Source: Candidatus Staskawiczbacteria bacterium (GTDB taxonomy: Bacteria; Patescibacteriota; Minisyncoccia; Minisyncoccales; Staskawiczbacteraceae). Taken from it: a stretch of DNA of 64,000 bases. Below are positions 35,681-45,705 of the stretch, in pieces. The first letter of the stretch is position 1; the number at the start of each line of letters is the position of its first letter. The translations under genes and the position numbers were made by a program. The stretch is taken from positions 28 through 64,027 of the forward strand of contig CAIYRH010000002.1 of the NCBI GenBank assembly GCA_903928565.1. Reading direction: 5' to 3'. Under the pieces are notes generated by a model that ran no database searches, had not been told where the DNA came from, and saw only the letters and a list, made by a program, of their open reading frames with translations.

Positions 35681-37313
35681 TTTAAAAATAATTTTCATCG
35701 TTGCCCTTACGGCTGTTTTGTTGACTCCACAAATATCTTCTGCCTATGCTGTACCGCAAAGCAAGAGCCTTAGTATACCTTTTAATTGGAGTAATTTAAA
35801 CATTACTATAAATAGTACTACGCCGTGGGAGGGGTATAATTTGAATGGCCTAAGTTACCAAGCAGCATACGGAGTGGGAGCTGCCACTATAAGTGGGGGC
35901 GTTGTAGGGTCAACAATTAATGATCAGGGCAATGTTACCTGTAACCAACAAGTTATTTTTAAAACTACTAAATCTGCAGTTTGGAACCAAACCGGTAATG
36001 TTTACGGCACGCCATATGCAGAATGGGGTACGGGAACGCCCATATTTCCATATGCAAATTTATTATTTTCTTATATTCCATCTTATACGGGTGCCCCATC
36101 TTGTCCAAGCCAGTCAAGGAAGTTTTATGTAAGCTCTGTTGTAACGCCACCGCAAGTTTCTTATTCTGTAAGCGGACTTAGAAATTGCACTAGTGGCACA
36201 GACGCTGACGGAGAATCTTATGTAATATGCACAACGTCTGGCGTAGAAAGTACCAATAGCATAACCTTTACTTTTACATCAGCCAATGCTGCCGCCACCT
36301 TTTATCAGGCATATTCAGATTATTACGATGGAACCAGCTGTTGTATTAACCTTGGCGGTGGTTCAACTTGCCACACAACCCCTGGCGCAACTTATCTTTA
36401 TCAAGCCAGTGTTAATCACATAGACAGCATGACATATAGTATGCATGTTGCTGTAGTAAACGGTGCGTGTGGAACAGCCGCTAATACTAGTGCAACTACC
36501 GGCTCTTATGTGTGGCACAATGGTGGCCAAACAGATACTTTTTCCGCCGCACAAATGTGTTCTTCTGGCGACACGCCAGCGGGTGTTAATAGTGTAATTC
36601 TTGGCGGTAACGTGGGTGATCAGGCTACGTGGACTTGTAATGGTCCTTGTGGCACGCCATCAACTTGTACCATAACAAGAACACCAACTGGTCCTGGTGT
36701 TTGCGACCCTACCAGTACAATACAATATGGCGACACCGCTAGCAGTTTTGCTGGTAATCTTTGCACTACGGGGATTTCAGTACAATCTAATTCTTCACAA
36801 ACAGCATGGACCCCAACATTCCCAACATCGGGGCACTCGGTAAGCTGGTGGTGTTATAAGGTTGGCGGAAGTTGGTCTGCCCAATGTACGGCCTCAAAAG
36901 CTGGCCCGGGCGCTTGTGGCCCGGCATCAACAGCAACATACAATAGTTGTTCAAGCAATTACTCAGGCGATTATTGCAGTTCGGGAATTCCTGTTACATC
37001 AACTTCATCAACTACATTAGGTTATCCAACGTTTCCTGCACACTGGTGGTGTTATGGCACTAATGGAGTTTACTCACCCGAATGTCATATTACAATTCCC
37101 CCGCCAACTAATGGAGCTTGCAACACAGCAGTGGGAAGTTACCCTTATCCTGGAGTGGCATATGCATTACATGCAACATTTCCAACCAGTGGTTTTTGCT
37201 CGTCTGGAGTGGTTAGGTTAAAATCTACATATTATTACAGGGTTCGCGCCACCAACGCCGGCGGACAAACAAGCGCTCCATCTGATGCTGTTGGTGTAAC
37301 AACGCCGCCATAA
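35670..37313 (+). CDS. Secreted Cys-rich repeat protein ending in an Fn3 F-G strand fragment, 547 aa
   Basis: Signal peptide, about 4 copies of the G.C...(L/F)C..G...W.C...C...(R/K) module, then an abrupt STYYYRVRATNAGGQTSAPS tail. Confidence 0.75.
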   Translation: MKFNLKIIFIVALTAVLLTPQISSAYAVPQSKSLSIPFNWSNLNITINSTTPWEGYNLNGLSYQAAYGVGAATISGGVVGSTINDQGNVTCNQQVIFKTTKSAVWNQTGNVYGTPYAEWGTGTPIFPYANLLFSYIPSYTGAPSCPSQSRKFYVSSVVTPPQVSYSVSGLRNCTSGTDADGESYVICTTSGVESTNSITFTFTSANAAATFYQAYSDYYDGTSCCINLGGGSTCHTTPGATYLYQASVNHIDSMTYSMHVAVVNGACGTAANTSATTGSYVWHNGGQTDTFSAAQMCSSGDTPAGVNSVILGGNVGDQATWTCNGPCGTPSTCTITRTPTGPGVCDPTSTIQYGDTASSFAGNLCTTGISVQSNSSQTAWTPTFPTSGHSVSWWCYKVGGSWSAQCTASKAGPGACGPASTATYNSCSSNYSGDYCSSGIPVTSTSSTTLGYPTFPAHWWCYGTNGVYSPECHITIPPPTNGACNTAVGSYPYPGVAYALHATFPTSGFCSSGVVRLKSTYYYRVRATNAGGQTSAPSDAVGVTTPP

Positions 37314-37317
37314 AAAA

Positions 37318-40300
37318 ATGCATAAAGTATTCAAAATAACATTTTTAAATAAAAAAATAAAATTTGCAATATTTTTTGCAGTAATTTTTATTTGTGTTTT
37401 TATTCTTCCAAAACAAGTTTATGCGCAAGTTGCAACGCCAACTTTAACGAGTATCTCTGCTTCACCTAGTTCTGTTTCGGTGGGGTCTACAATAACAATC
37501 ACGCCAACTTTATCAAGTGGCCAAAGCTCGCTATCTTTTAAATGTAACGAAGATAATAATTTTGGTATAGGCGGCACAAATTTATGCACTCAGGCAGGCA
37601 CAAATTATTCAAGCCCATATACTTCAATGACGTGTACTTATGCGGCGCCAAGCGGAAGTATTTCTAGAACCGTGTACTGCAAAGTTTATAATGGCACTTA
37701 TTTTTCAACACCAGCAAAACAAGCTACGTATGCCCTAATTACCTCAGCGCCAAGTAAGCCACAGAATTTAATTGTTACTCCATATGTAGACACTACAAAT
37801 CTTTATTTAACTTGGGATGCCCCTTCTAGTAATGGAGGAACTGCAATAAACGGTTACAAAATTGAAAGGTGCAAACCAACATTTGAAGACGCTTTATGTC
37901 AAGATGAAAGTAATTGGGCGTCTTTAGATACGGCAACCGGTTTGACTTATACAGACCCGAATTTAACAACAATGCCAATGCTTGAAGATGCTGAAGGTGC
38001 AGTTACTACTTGGTTTTGTCAAAGCCCAGATTGTGGAACAAATGCAACTTGTATGGCAAAAAGAATTACAGTGCCGGTTGATGGCGTTTGTAGTTCTTCT
38101 TATAATAATCAAAATTTTTATACTTTAGCTTCCAGCTCCTCGCTTTGTTCAACGGGAAATGTTTTAAACTTTACAACAACCGCAACTGGTTGGACATGGC
38201 AATGTTCAAATCAATATAATGGAGCAATTCCAAATTGTTTAGCTAATAAAAAAATAGATGGCGTTTGTGGAGCAGCGGCGCCCCCGCCAACAAATACCAA
38301 AACTTATGATTATACCGGCTCAGTAAATACTTTTTCAGTCTCGGCTTCAGATAATTCTCAATTATGCGCTGCGGGAAGCCCGTCAGTGCAAACTGTAACG
38401 CTTGGGATTAGCGGGCCAGATGCAACATGGACTTGTATAGGTACAAGTGGGGGAGTTACTAGCCCAACCTGCACGGTGAAAAGAGGACCTGCTTGCGCGA
38501 CTGTAGCACGTTCCACCACGCAACCAATTTGTAATAGTAGTCTTTGCTTAAGTGGGTCATGTGTTTCCAACAATGATACCGCCTACAATAATAGTACTAA
38601 CGAAAAATGGTCTTGGAAATGTCAGGGCGATACGGGCACAGATCCTGTAATATGTTACGCCGATTTAAAAGGTGATTGCGGAACAGCAAATGGGCATGAG
38701 TATGCGTATTCTACAACAGCAGATCCCTTTTTCGCTAGTTCAACGGGTCTTTTAACTCTTTGCAGAACAACATTGGGCACAAATCCAACTACTCTTGCCG
38801 GACCAACTTCAACCACATCAGCAACTTGGTATTGCAAGGGCACTACCGGAGACAGTTTAAGCCAAAGCGACCAATGTTCGGCAACAAGAACAGCCGCCCC
38901 GGTTCCTGGCGCTTGTGGACCAGTAGTAACGAATCCACCAGATCCTGCAACGACAGTGGGATCAACTATTGCAATATATCCATACACTGGTTCAGATAAT
39001 ACTTTTTCAGGTGTTTCGCAATTATGCGCTTCTGGAAGTCTCTATGACAGCACGGGAAATACAGCACTTTCATCATCAGCAACAATGACGCTTAATGCAA
39101 CAGGTCCAAATGTGTCATGGATGTGCAAGGGCCAAAATGGAAGCGCCACAAATGCAACCTGCACGGTGAAAAGGGCCCCTGCTTGCGCACCAGCAGACCC
39201 CACCGCTACACAACCAATTTGTAATAGTAGCCTTTGTTTAAGCGGATCATGCACCGCTAATAGTGATACAAATTTTAATAATCATATTAATCAACAATGG
39301 TCTTGGAAATGCACAGGTGACACAGGAGCTGGCACAACAATATGTTACTCGCCTTTAAATGGTACTTGTGGAGATTACACATATAACCTCACCAGTTACC
39401 AATATCTCAACACCGCTTCAGCTTGGCATACTATTTCAACTACATATTGCGCCACGGGCTCGCCAAGTAATTCGCCTTTATTTTCTTCGCTTACCAGCAA
39501 CAACCCATTAAGCTGGACATGTAACGGTGTGGGCACGGGATACAACTCCCAGTCTTGTCAAGCAACAAAAGCGGGCAGTATCAACGGTGTATGCGGAGCA
39601 AACGGTTCTGGCTATCTTGGTTCTGCAACCGTTAGGCATTATGCCTCCGCTTCTTACAGCGCCTGGCCAGGAATTGGTGCAACAGATTTTTGTACCTCTG
39701 GTAGCCTTAGCATTGATGGCACATCTGCTTTAACCCCAGTTAATTCAACTACTGTTCCCGGTTTTCCTTCTCCATCAAGCTCATCGCTATTTACAACTTG
39801 GTATTGTCTGGGTTCTGGAACGGGAGCAACAACTCCTACGTGTTATGCATATCTTGATGTTGACGGTGCTTGTAATACAAATGTTGCAAAAACTTATGAT
39901 TATAATTCTGGAAATTCAAACGCCCTTACGCCGCTGTGTAATTCAGGAGACCCATATAATATTGACACCAGCGGCGTGCTAACCACATCAATTTCGAGTG
40001 GAAGTTTGACGCTTTCTGGAACTGCAGGCCAAACAGCAAATTGGAAATGTAAAGGTAAAAATAACGGGGCTAATAGTGCGACTTGCACTGCAACAAGAAA
40101 TTACCCCGATGTTACTGCATTGTGCGCGGTTTTATCACCAACATCAGCTATAGCTAATATAGGAGATTCTGTAACGTTCAGAGCAACTCCCGGCGGAGGC
40201 CGAGGTGTTGGCACATATTCATATAGCTGGTCGGGAGACAACGGTCTTTCTGGAACAACATCGACTACTTCAGCAATATCTTACACATCATCGGGCGTGA

Positions 40301-42180
40301 AAAATGCATATGTCACGGTAACCTCAAACAGCGCTTCAACAACCAGCACCAGTTGTCCAGTGACAATTAGGCCCCAATGTGGCACAAAAGGCACAACTGC
40401 AGGTAGATATTATGTCGCGGGCACTTCTGGCTGGCCAACCGGTACTTCAGAAACATTTTGTGACGCTGGTTCATATCCAGTTCTCGATTCTAGTTCTGGC
40501 TCTACTGCCCAAATTACTCCAGGATTTCCATCTGGTGGTAGCACATCAGCGACCTGGTCTTGTTATAATTTAAGTGGAAATATGCATTCGGATTTATGTT
40601 CCGCTTATCTTGTTGTAAATCCTGCTTGTGGTGATGCAGGCAGTGCTGGCACGTTAGCTAATGGCGTTGTAACTTCTGGAGGTGTTTCATACCCGCAAGT
40701 GGGCTCAACGGGAGATACTTTTCCAGCTGGAAATTATTGCGGGTCATTATCGGCTGCGCGTGTATGGCTCCACCCTACAACTCAAAATACCCTTGGCACA
40801 ACAGGTGGGTCATATTCAAGTTGGAGTTGTGGAGGAATAAATACTACAAATACTGTTACCTGTTATGCAAAAAGATCATACAGTGCTGTTGGTGCAAGTT
40901 GCTCTGGTACTTCTAGTGGTTCTTCTGGCCCTATAAATTTACCGGTTGGTGGAAGTGTAAGTGTTTTATGGTCAGCTGTTGGTGTTACTGGCGGCGTATC
41001 ACCATATTCTTACAGTTGGTCTGAAGTAAGCTCTATGTCTAATCCTTTTAGTTCTTATAGCTCTGCAACAAAAAACTATACAACAACTGGAACCAAGACA
41101 GTATATTTTAAAGTAACTGATTCTGCTTCTAGCACTGTTACTCCTTTGCCATCTTGTAGTATAGATATAAAACAAGATGGTGCTTGTGGTTCGGCACAAA
41201 CGAATTCACCATACTCATATAATGGCATGTCTACGCCTTTCAATGCGTCTCAATTATGCAATTCTGGGGTTGCATATAATTCATCGGGGGTATCTGTTGC
41301 CGATTCATCTATAGCGCTTTCGGCCAACAGCGGTGCATCGCTCAACTGGCAGTGCAGAGGACTAAATGGTGGCACTACACCTTCAGATTGCACCGCCACT
41401 CGATTGTCTCCACCAGTTGTTGACAGCTTGGTGGCAAACGAGACGGATTGTGGTTTTAACGGGAACAGTACCTTGAAATTAAATTGGAAATATTCTAGTG
41501 CTGGAGGTTTTGCTGAGAAAAAATTTGACTTAGAAATTGCTCACTCAAATACCTTTTCATCCTCTACGACAGATTTTTCAAGAACAATTATCAGCGCTGC
41601 AGTCAGCCAGTCGTTTTACATAAGATCAAGATTATTAAACGATGGTTCAAATGAAATACTTTTTAATTCAGCAAACCTCCCTGCTGGTACAAAATATTAT
41701 TGGAGAATAAGAGTTTACGATACTCAAGATCAAAATTCAGGTTGGGTTTACTATGGTGGAACTTCTACCACTACAGATGCGAATGGAAATAAAATTTATT
41801 CTGGCACGATTCTGTCTTCGTCGGCAATTACATTTAACCCACCTTTGCACGCTTGGCCTTATGCGGTAATTAGCCTTACGCCACCCGAGCCAGTAGCTAA
41901 ACAACAGGTTACGTTTTCGGGACTTGGCTCATCTTGTTATAATGCCAGTGGGGCTGTTACGTGCCCAAGTAATGCCTATCAATGGTACAACTTAGATACA
42001 AACCCAAAAACCACAGGATCCTCAGCCCCAACCTTTGTGACCACTTACCCTGTGCTAGGTTCACATAGTGAACAACTGGTAGTTACCGACTTAGAGGGAA
42101 ATAGTTGCTCTGCTACAACTTCCTTTACTGTGAAAAGTCCTTCAGACGTGCCTCAATGGAAAGAAATTTCGCCATTCTAG
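37318..42180 (+). CDS. Giant secreted Cys-rich repeat protein (Ig-like N-domain, partial Fn3, about 13 Cys-repeat modules, PKD-like domains), 1620 aa
   Basis: Signal peptide. Fn3 A-E strands PSKPQNLIVT...LTWDAPSSNGGTAINGYKIER. Repeated modules end in CTVKR/CSATR/CTATR. PKD-like segments (YSYSWS...) and a C-terminal PKD. Confidence 0.8.
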   Translation: MHKVFKITFLNKKIKFAIFFAVIFICVFILPKQVYAQVATPTLTSISASPSSVSVGSTITITPTLSSGQSSLSFKCNEDNNFGIGGTNLCTQAGTNYSSPYTSMTCTYAAPSGSISRTVYCKVYNGTYFSTPAKQATYALITSAPSKPQNLIVTPYVDTTNLYLTWDAPSSNGGTAINGYKIERCKPTFEDALCQDESNWASLDTATGLTYTDPNLTTMPMLEDAEGAVTTWFCQSPDCGTNATCMAKRITVPVDGVCSSSYNNQNFYTLASSSSLCSTGNVLNFTTTATGWTWQCSNQYNGAIPNCLANKKIDGVCGAAAPPPTNTKTYDYTGSVNTFSVSASDNSQLCAAGSPSVQTVTLGISGPDATWTCIGTSGGVTSPTCTVKRGPACATVARSTTQPICNSSLCLSGSCVSNNDTAYNNSTNEKWSWKCQGDTGTDPVICYADLKGDCGTANGHEYAYSTTADPFFASSTGLLTLCRTTLGTNPTTLAGPTSTTSATWYCKGTTGDSLSQSDQCSATRTAAPVPGACGPVVTNPPDPATTVGSTIAIYPYTGSDNTFSGVSQLCASGSLYDSTGNTALSSSATMTLNATGPNVSWMCKGQNGSATNATCTVKRAPACAPADPTATQPICNSSLCLSGSCTANSDTNFNNHINQQWSWKCTGDTGAGTTICYSPLNGTCGDYTYNLTSYQYLNTASAWHTISTTYCATGSPSNSPLFSSLTSNNPLSWTCNGVGTGYNSQSCQATKAGSINGVCGANGSGYLGSATVRHYASASYSAWPGIGATDFCTSGSLSIDGTSALTPVNSTTVPGFPSPSSSSLFTTWYCLGSGTGATTPTCYAYLDVDGACNTNVAKTYDYNSGNSNALTPLCNSGDPYNIDTSGVLTTSISSGSLTLSGTAGQTANWKCKGKNNGANSATCTATRNYPDVTALCAVLSPTSAIANIGDSVTFRATPGGGRGVGTYSYSWSGDNGLSGTTSTTSAISYTSSGVKNAYVTVTSNSASTTSTSCPVTIRPQCGTKGTTAGRYYVAGTSGWPTGTSETFCDAGSYPVLDSSSGSTAQITPGFPSGGSTSATWSCYNLSGNMHSDLCSAYLVVNPACGDAGSAGTLANGVVTSGGVSYPQVGSTGDTFPAGNYCGSLSAARVWLHPTTQNTLGTTGGSYSSWSCGGINTTNTVTCYAKRSYSAVGASCSGTSSGSSGPINLPVGGSVSVLWSAVGVTGGVSPYSYSWSEVSSMSNPFSSYSSATKNYTTTGTKTVYFKVTDSASSTVTPLPSCSIDIKQDGACGSAQTNSPYSYNGMSTPFNASQLCNSGVAYNSSGVSVADSSIALSANSGASLNWQCRGLNGGTTPSDCTATRLSPPVVDSLVANETDCGFNGNSTLKLNWKYSSAGGFAEKKFDLEIAHSNTFSSSTTDFSRTIISAAVSQSFYIRSRLLNDGSNEILFNSANLPAGTKYYWRIRVYDTQDQNSGWVYYGGTSTTTDANGNKIYSGTILSSSAITFNPPLHAWPYAVISLTPPEPVAKQQVTFSGLGSSCYNASGAVTCPSNAYQWYNLDTNPKTTGSSAPTFVTTYPVLGSHSEQLVVTDLEGNSCSATTSFTVKSPSDVPQWKEISPF

Positions 42181-42971
42181 CCCTCTCTGGCGATGGCAAT
42201 TCCCCAAACTTGTTTGGCGCCATTTGCGTATAAAGTTTTTGCGCATTCTTCCATTGTAGAACCGGTTGTATAAACGTCGTCAACCAAAAAAACCTTAGAA
42301 AATTTTGTGAAGTCGGACTTAACAAAATTTTTGTTTATACTAAATGCACCAACTAAATTTTTTTCTCTTTCCTCTTTTTTTAATTTCATTTGTGCCTCGG
42401 TCTGTTTTATCTTTATTAAATTATTTAAAATTACAGGAACTTTTATTATTTTTGATAATTCTTTTGCCAATTCTTCAGATTGGTTGTAGCCACGGCTTTT
42501 TAGTTTCTTTTTATCTGTGGGCACGGGAATTAAAACTGAATTTTGCCAAATATTTTCGGTATTTTTTTTCGCCAAAACAAAATGTTCAACAATAACACTG
42601 GCTAAAGTTTTTGATAAATCTTTTAAGTAGGGCTTATATTTAAATTGGTAAATTAATTTTTTGGTCAAATTATGTTTGTAGGGGAGGGCACAATAAAGCC
42701 CAAAAAGGATTTTATTTTGGCACCGGTGGCACTTGCCCTGAGTTGGTACATAAATTTGAATGGGCTTATTACTACACAAACAATAATCAAATTCATTAAT
42801 ATCTAAAAGGTGCCGGCAATCGTCGCATAAATAGGTGCCTTCTTTTTGGCAACCTAAGCAAAATTTAGGAAATAGAATGTCTAAAATGGGGTTATCCACA
42901 GTGTTGTTTTGTTTATTACATTGTATAATAAAATTGAGTATGGCATCAAATCCACTGCAAGATTTTAACAT
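42177..42971 (-). CDS. comF: ComF-family protein (phosphoribosyltransferase domain)
   Basis: N-terminal Cys pairs FPKFCLGCQKEGTYLCDDC and the PRTase motif VFLVDDVYTTGST. Start is uncertain; I chose ATG 42971 to avoid overlap with pilM. Confidence 0.7.
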   Translation of the reverse strand: MLKSCSGFDAILNFIIQCNKQNNTVDNPILDILFPKFCLGCQKEGTYLCDDCRHLLDINEFDYCLCSNKPIQIYVPTQGKCHRCQNKILFGLYCALPYKHNLTKKLIYQFKYKPYLKDLSKTLASVIVEHFVLAKKNTENIWQNSVLIPVPTDKKKLKSRGYNQSEELAKELSKIIKVPVILNNLIKIKQTEAQMKLKKEEREKNLVGAFSINKNFVKSDFTKFSKVFLVDDVYTTGSTMEECAKTLYANGAKQVWGIAIAREG

Positions 42972-43005
42972 AAGTAAGTTGAATATTTTCTCCAACCCCT
43001 TGAAG

Positions 43006-44055
43006 ATGTTTTTTCCTAAAAAAATGATAGGAATAGACATTGGAACGGCCTCAATTAAGGCAGTTGAATTATCAAGGTGGGGCCAAGGAAAAACCCTAGA
43101 AAATTACGGAGAAATAAAATCATCTTCGCTTTACAAAGAGCCCTTCATAAATGGTGATAGAGGTGGTTATTTGTTGTCTAATTATTTTGTCGCACGAGCA
43201 ATTAGGGCAATTTTAGATGAATCAAAAATAAGAACCAAAGCTGCAATTTTTTCTATTCCAGATTTTTCAACATTTTGCACATCTTTTGAATTGCCCCCAA
43301 TGAACCCCAATGAATTAAAAGATGCAGTTTATTATAATGCTTCGCAATACATTCCATTGCCGGTGGCAGAAACAACTTTAGATTGGCAATTAATTGGCGG
43401 AGTTCCCGGTGACAAACAATCGGCTTTAAAAATATTTTTGGTGGCAATTCCAAACCAAATAATTCAAGATTATCAAAAAGTAGCGCAATTAGCCGGCTTA
43501 GAACTTTATGCGGTTGAAGCTGAAGTTTTGGGACTGGTAAGGGCGCTGGTTAGAGGAAAAAGAAATTGCATTTGCATGGTAGATGTGGGCGTGCAAAGCA
43601 CAACAATTAACATTGTTGACAACGGAGTTTTGAAAAAGAGCTATAGTTTTGATTTTGCCGGCAGTCAGCTTACTTACAGTATTGCCTCGGCGTTAGATTT
43701 GGGGCACCAACAAGCTGAGGAATTAAAAAATAAAGAAGGGCTAACTTCTTCCAGAGAAGAAATTTCCAAAACATTATATTTATTAATTGACCCACTTGTA
43801 ATTGAAGTAAAAAAAATATTATCAGATTATTACCAGCAAGAAGGCAAAGACCCAGACGAAATTTATTTAACCGGCGGTACTTCCAATTTGCCTGGTCTTA
43901 AAGAGTATTTTTCAGAAGTTTTAAAAAGAAAAGTGGAAATTCCAAATTGTTTTTCCGAACTTTTATACCCGCCAATTTTGGGTGATACTATTGAAAAAAT
44001 AGCACCAAGTTTTGCTGTGGCAACAGGCGTGGCATTGGGGGGATTAGAAACATAG
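43006..44055 (+). CDS. pilM: Type IV pilus assembly protein PilM (actin-like ATPase fold)
   Basis: MFFPKKMIGIDIGTASIKAVEL..., ...LTGGTSNLPGL. An alternative start at 42940 is possible. Confidence 0.8.
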   Translation: MFFPKKMIGIDIGTASIKAVELSRWGQGKTLENYGEIKSSSLYKEPFINGDRGGYLLSNYFVARAIRAILDESKIRTKAAIFSIPDFSTFCTSFELPPMNPNELKDAVYYNASQYIPLPVAETTLDWQLIGGVPGDKQSALKIFLVAIPNQIIQDYQKVAQLAGLELYAVEAEVLGLVRALVRGKRNCICMVDVGVQSTTINIVDNGVLKKSYSFDFAGSQLTYSIASALDLGHQQAEELKNKEGLTSSREEISKTLYLLIDPLVIEVKKILSDYYQQEGKDPDEIYLTGGTSNLPGLKEYFSEVLKRKVEIPNCFSELLYPPILGDTIEKIAPSFAVATGVALGGLET

Positions 44056-44084
44056 TGGTATAATGAAATAATTAATTAAATTAG

Positions 44085-45167
44085 ATGGATCTTTCTGTAA
44101 TTTTTCAACTAAGAACAAAAAAATTCTGGTGGATGGATGTCATCTTCTATTTTGTGGTTTCATTATTGGTGGCCACGGTGTTTTGTTATCTTGTTTTTAT
44201 GTTTAAAAACGGAATGATTAAAGACCAAATTAGCAAAGAATCGGCTAAAATGGAATCTGTGGGCACGCAAGACCAAAAAAATCGTGAGACTAATGTAATG
44301 GGTTACCAACAAAAGATTGGTGACTTTACGGTGTTGTTAAAAAATCACGAATTTGCTTCAAATGTTTTTGCTTTTATGCAGGCACAAACCATGCCAAACA
44401 TTTGGTTTAGTCAGTTTAGTTTAGACGAAAAAAACAGCGCCATTCAATTAAACGGAGAATCAGATAATTTAGATGCTTTTTCCAGACAGGTGGCAGTTCT
44501 TGAAAAAAATAAATATGTTAAAAGTATAACTTCTTTTAATTCTTCATTGGGTGAAGCCGCCCGAACAGAATTTAATATTGGGCTCGTTTTAGACGATAGC
44601 ATTTTTGGTTATTTGCCAAATATATCTGCAGACACAACTACAAACCAGCCCATAGCGTCAACAATGCCAGATCAAACTGCCAGTACAACGCAGGATAGTC
44701 AAACCAGCCAAACCGCAACCGCAACCAGTGACGCGACACAAAACTCAGCTGTAAACAGTCAGCTTGTCACGGGTCAAAAATTAATAGTTTCCTTTCATCT
44801 TCTTTTAGACCCGGAAGTTCAAGGAGTTTTAGACCAAACAAACTTTACTGTCACGTCAACTGTTCCATATGGTACAGATGTTACCAATTTAACGCCGGCA
44901 ATTGTAACTTCGCCAGGAACATCAATTAATCCAACTTCGCTTGCCCCGCAAAATTTCAGCAATCCTGTAATGTATAAAGTTATTAGTGAAGATGGTTCGG
45001 TGCAAAATTATCAGGTAAGTGTTGAAGTGGCGCCTGCTCCATTGCCACCTAAAAAACCCGGTTTTCCGTGGACCACATTGTTAGTTGTTATTGGAGTAAT
45101 TGCAGTTATAATTATTGTAGTGGTTATTGTGCTGTCGCGAATAAGAAATAGAAGTAAAAAAACATAA
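44085..45167 (+). CDS. PilN-like bitopic protein with extra Ig-like domain and second C-terminal TM
   Basis: Position after pilM, N-terminal TM (VIFYFVVSLLVATVFCYLVFMF) and a PilN-like periplasmic segment. Unusual T/Q linker, beta-sandwich-like segment and C-terminal anchor. Confidence 0.45.
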   Translation: MDLSVIFQLRTKKFWWMDVIFYFVVSLLVATVFCYLVFMFKNGMIKDQISKESAKMESVGTQDQKNRETNVMGYQQKIGDFTVLLKNHEFASNVFAFMQAQTMPNIWFSQFSLDEKNSAIQLNGESDNLDAFSRQVAVLEKNKYVKSITSFNSSLGEAARTEFNIGLVLDDSIFGYLPNISADTTTNQPIASTMPDQTASTTQDSQTSQTATATSDATQNSAVNSQLVTGQKLIVSFHLLLDPEVQGVLDQTNFTVTSTVPYGTDVTNLTPAIVTSPGTSINPTSLAPQNFSNPVMYKVISEDGSVQNYQVSVEVAPAPLPPKKPGFPWTTLLVVIGVIAVIIIVVVIVLSRIRNRSKKT

Positions 45168-45168
45168 A

Positions 45169-45699
45169 ATGAGAATAGACCGCCCCATTACCATAGCCAT
45201 TTTTATTATCATCATTATTGTGTTGGTGTCATTTTTGGTAATGCCAGAATACAATAAATTTCAACTTCTTCAGACGCAATTGGGCGAAAAACGGGCAGAA
45301 TATGTTGGACAGCACGATTATTATGCCGCAGTAGACAAAATTTATTATGATTTAAACGACAGAAAAGACGATATTAAAAAAATTGATGATGCCTTGTCTG
45401 CCGATCCAACCCTTGGTAAAACGGTTTATTATTTGCAGGAAATGGCTCAAAAGAACGGTCTAATTGTAAAAAATCTTTTCTTATCTAAATCTTCCAGAAC
45501 AGAAAACGCAGCCAATGCCAGCCAAGTTAAAAATATTATTTTTTCTGTAGATTTGTTGGGTGATTATCCGTCGCTAGAAGGGTTTATTATTTCTTTGGAA
45601 AATTCGTCGCGTATTTTTGAAGTTACCAGCATTGCTTTTGGAACCGCAACGGCCCCGCCATATAGTTTCAGTTTACAAATAAAAACTTACTCATATTAA
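45169..45699 (+). CDS. PilO-like pilus assembly protein
   Basis: N-terminal TM, then coiled-coil (YNKFQLLQTQLGEKRAEY) and a ferredoxin-like C-terminal part. Follows the PilN-like gene. Confidence 0.5.
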   Translation: MRIDRPITIAIFIIIIIVLVSFLVMPEYNKFQLLQTQLGEKRAEYVGQHDYYAAVDKIYYDLNDRKDDIKKIDDALSADPTLGKTVYYLQEMAQKNGLIVKNLFLSKSSRTENAANASQVKNIIFSVDLLGDYPSLEGFIISLENSSRIFEVTSIAFGTATAPPYSFSLQIKTYSY

Positions 45700-45705
45700 A
45701 ACAAA

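Noticed and set aside
38260-39360. Internal near-duplicate segments of the giant gene considered as a diversity-generating retroelement template/variable repeat pair.
   Set aside because: No reverse transcriptase gene is present. Substitutions between the copies affect all bases rather than being adenine-specific, and the copies are ordinary tandem protein modules.
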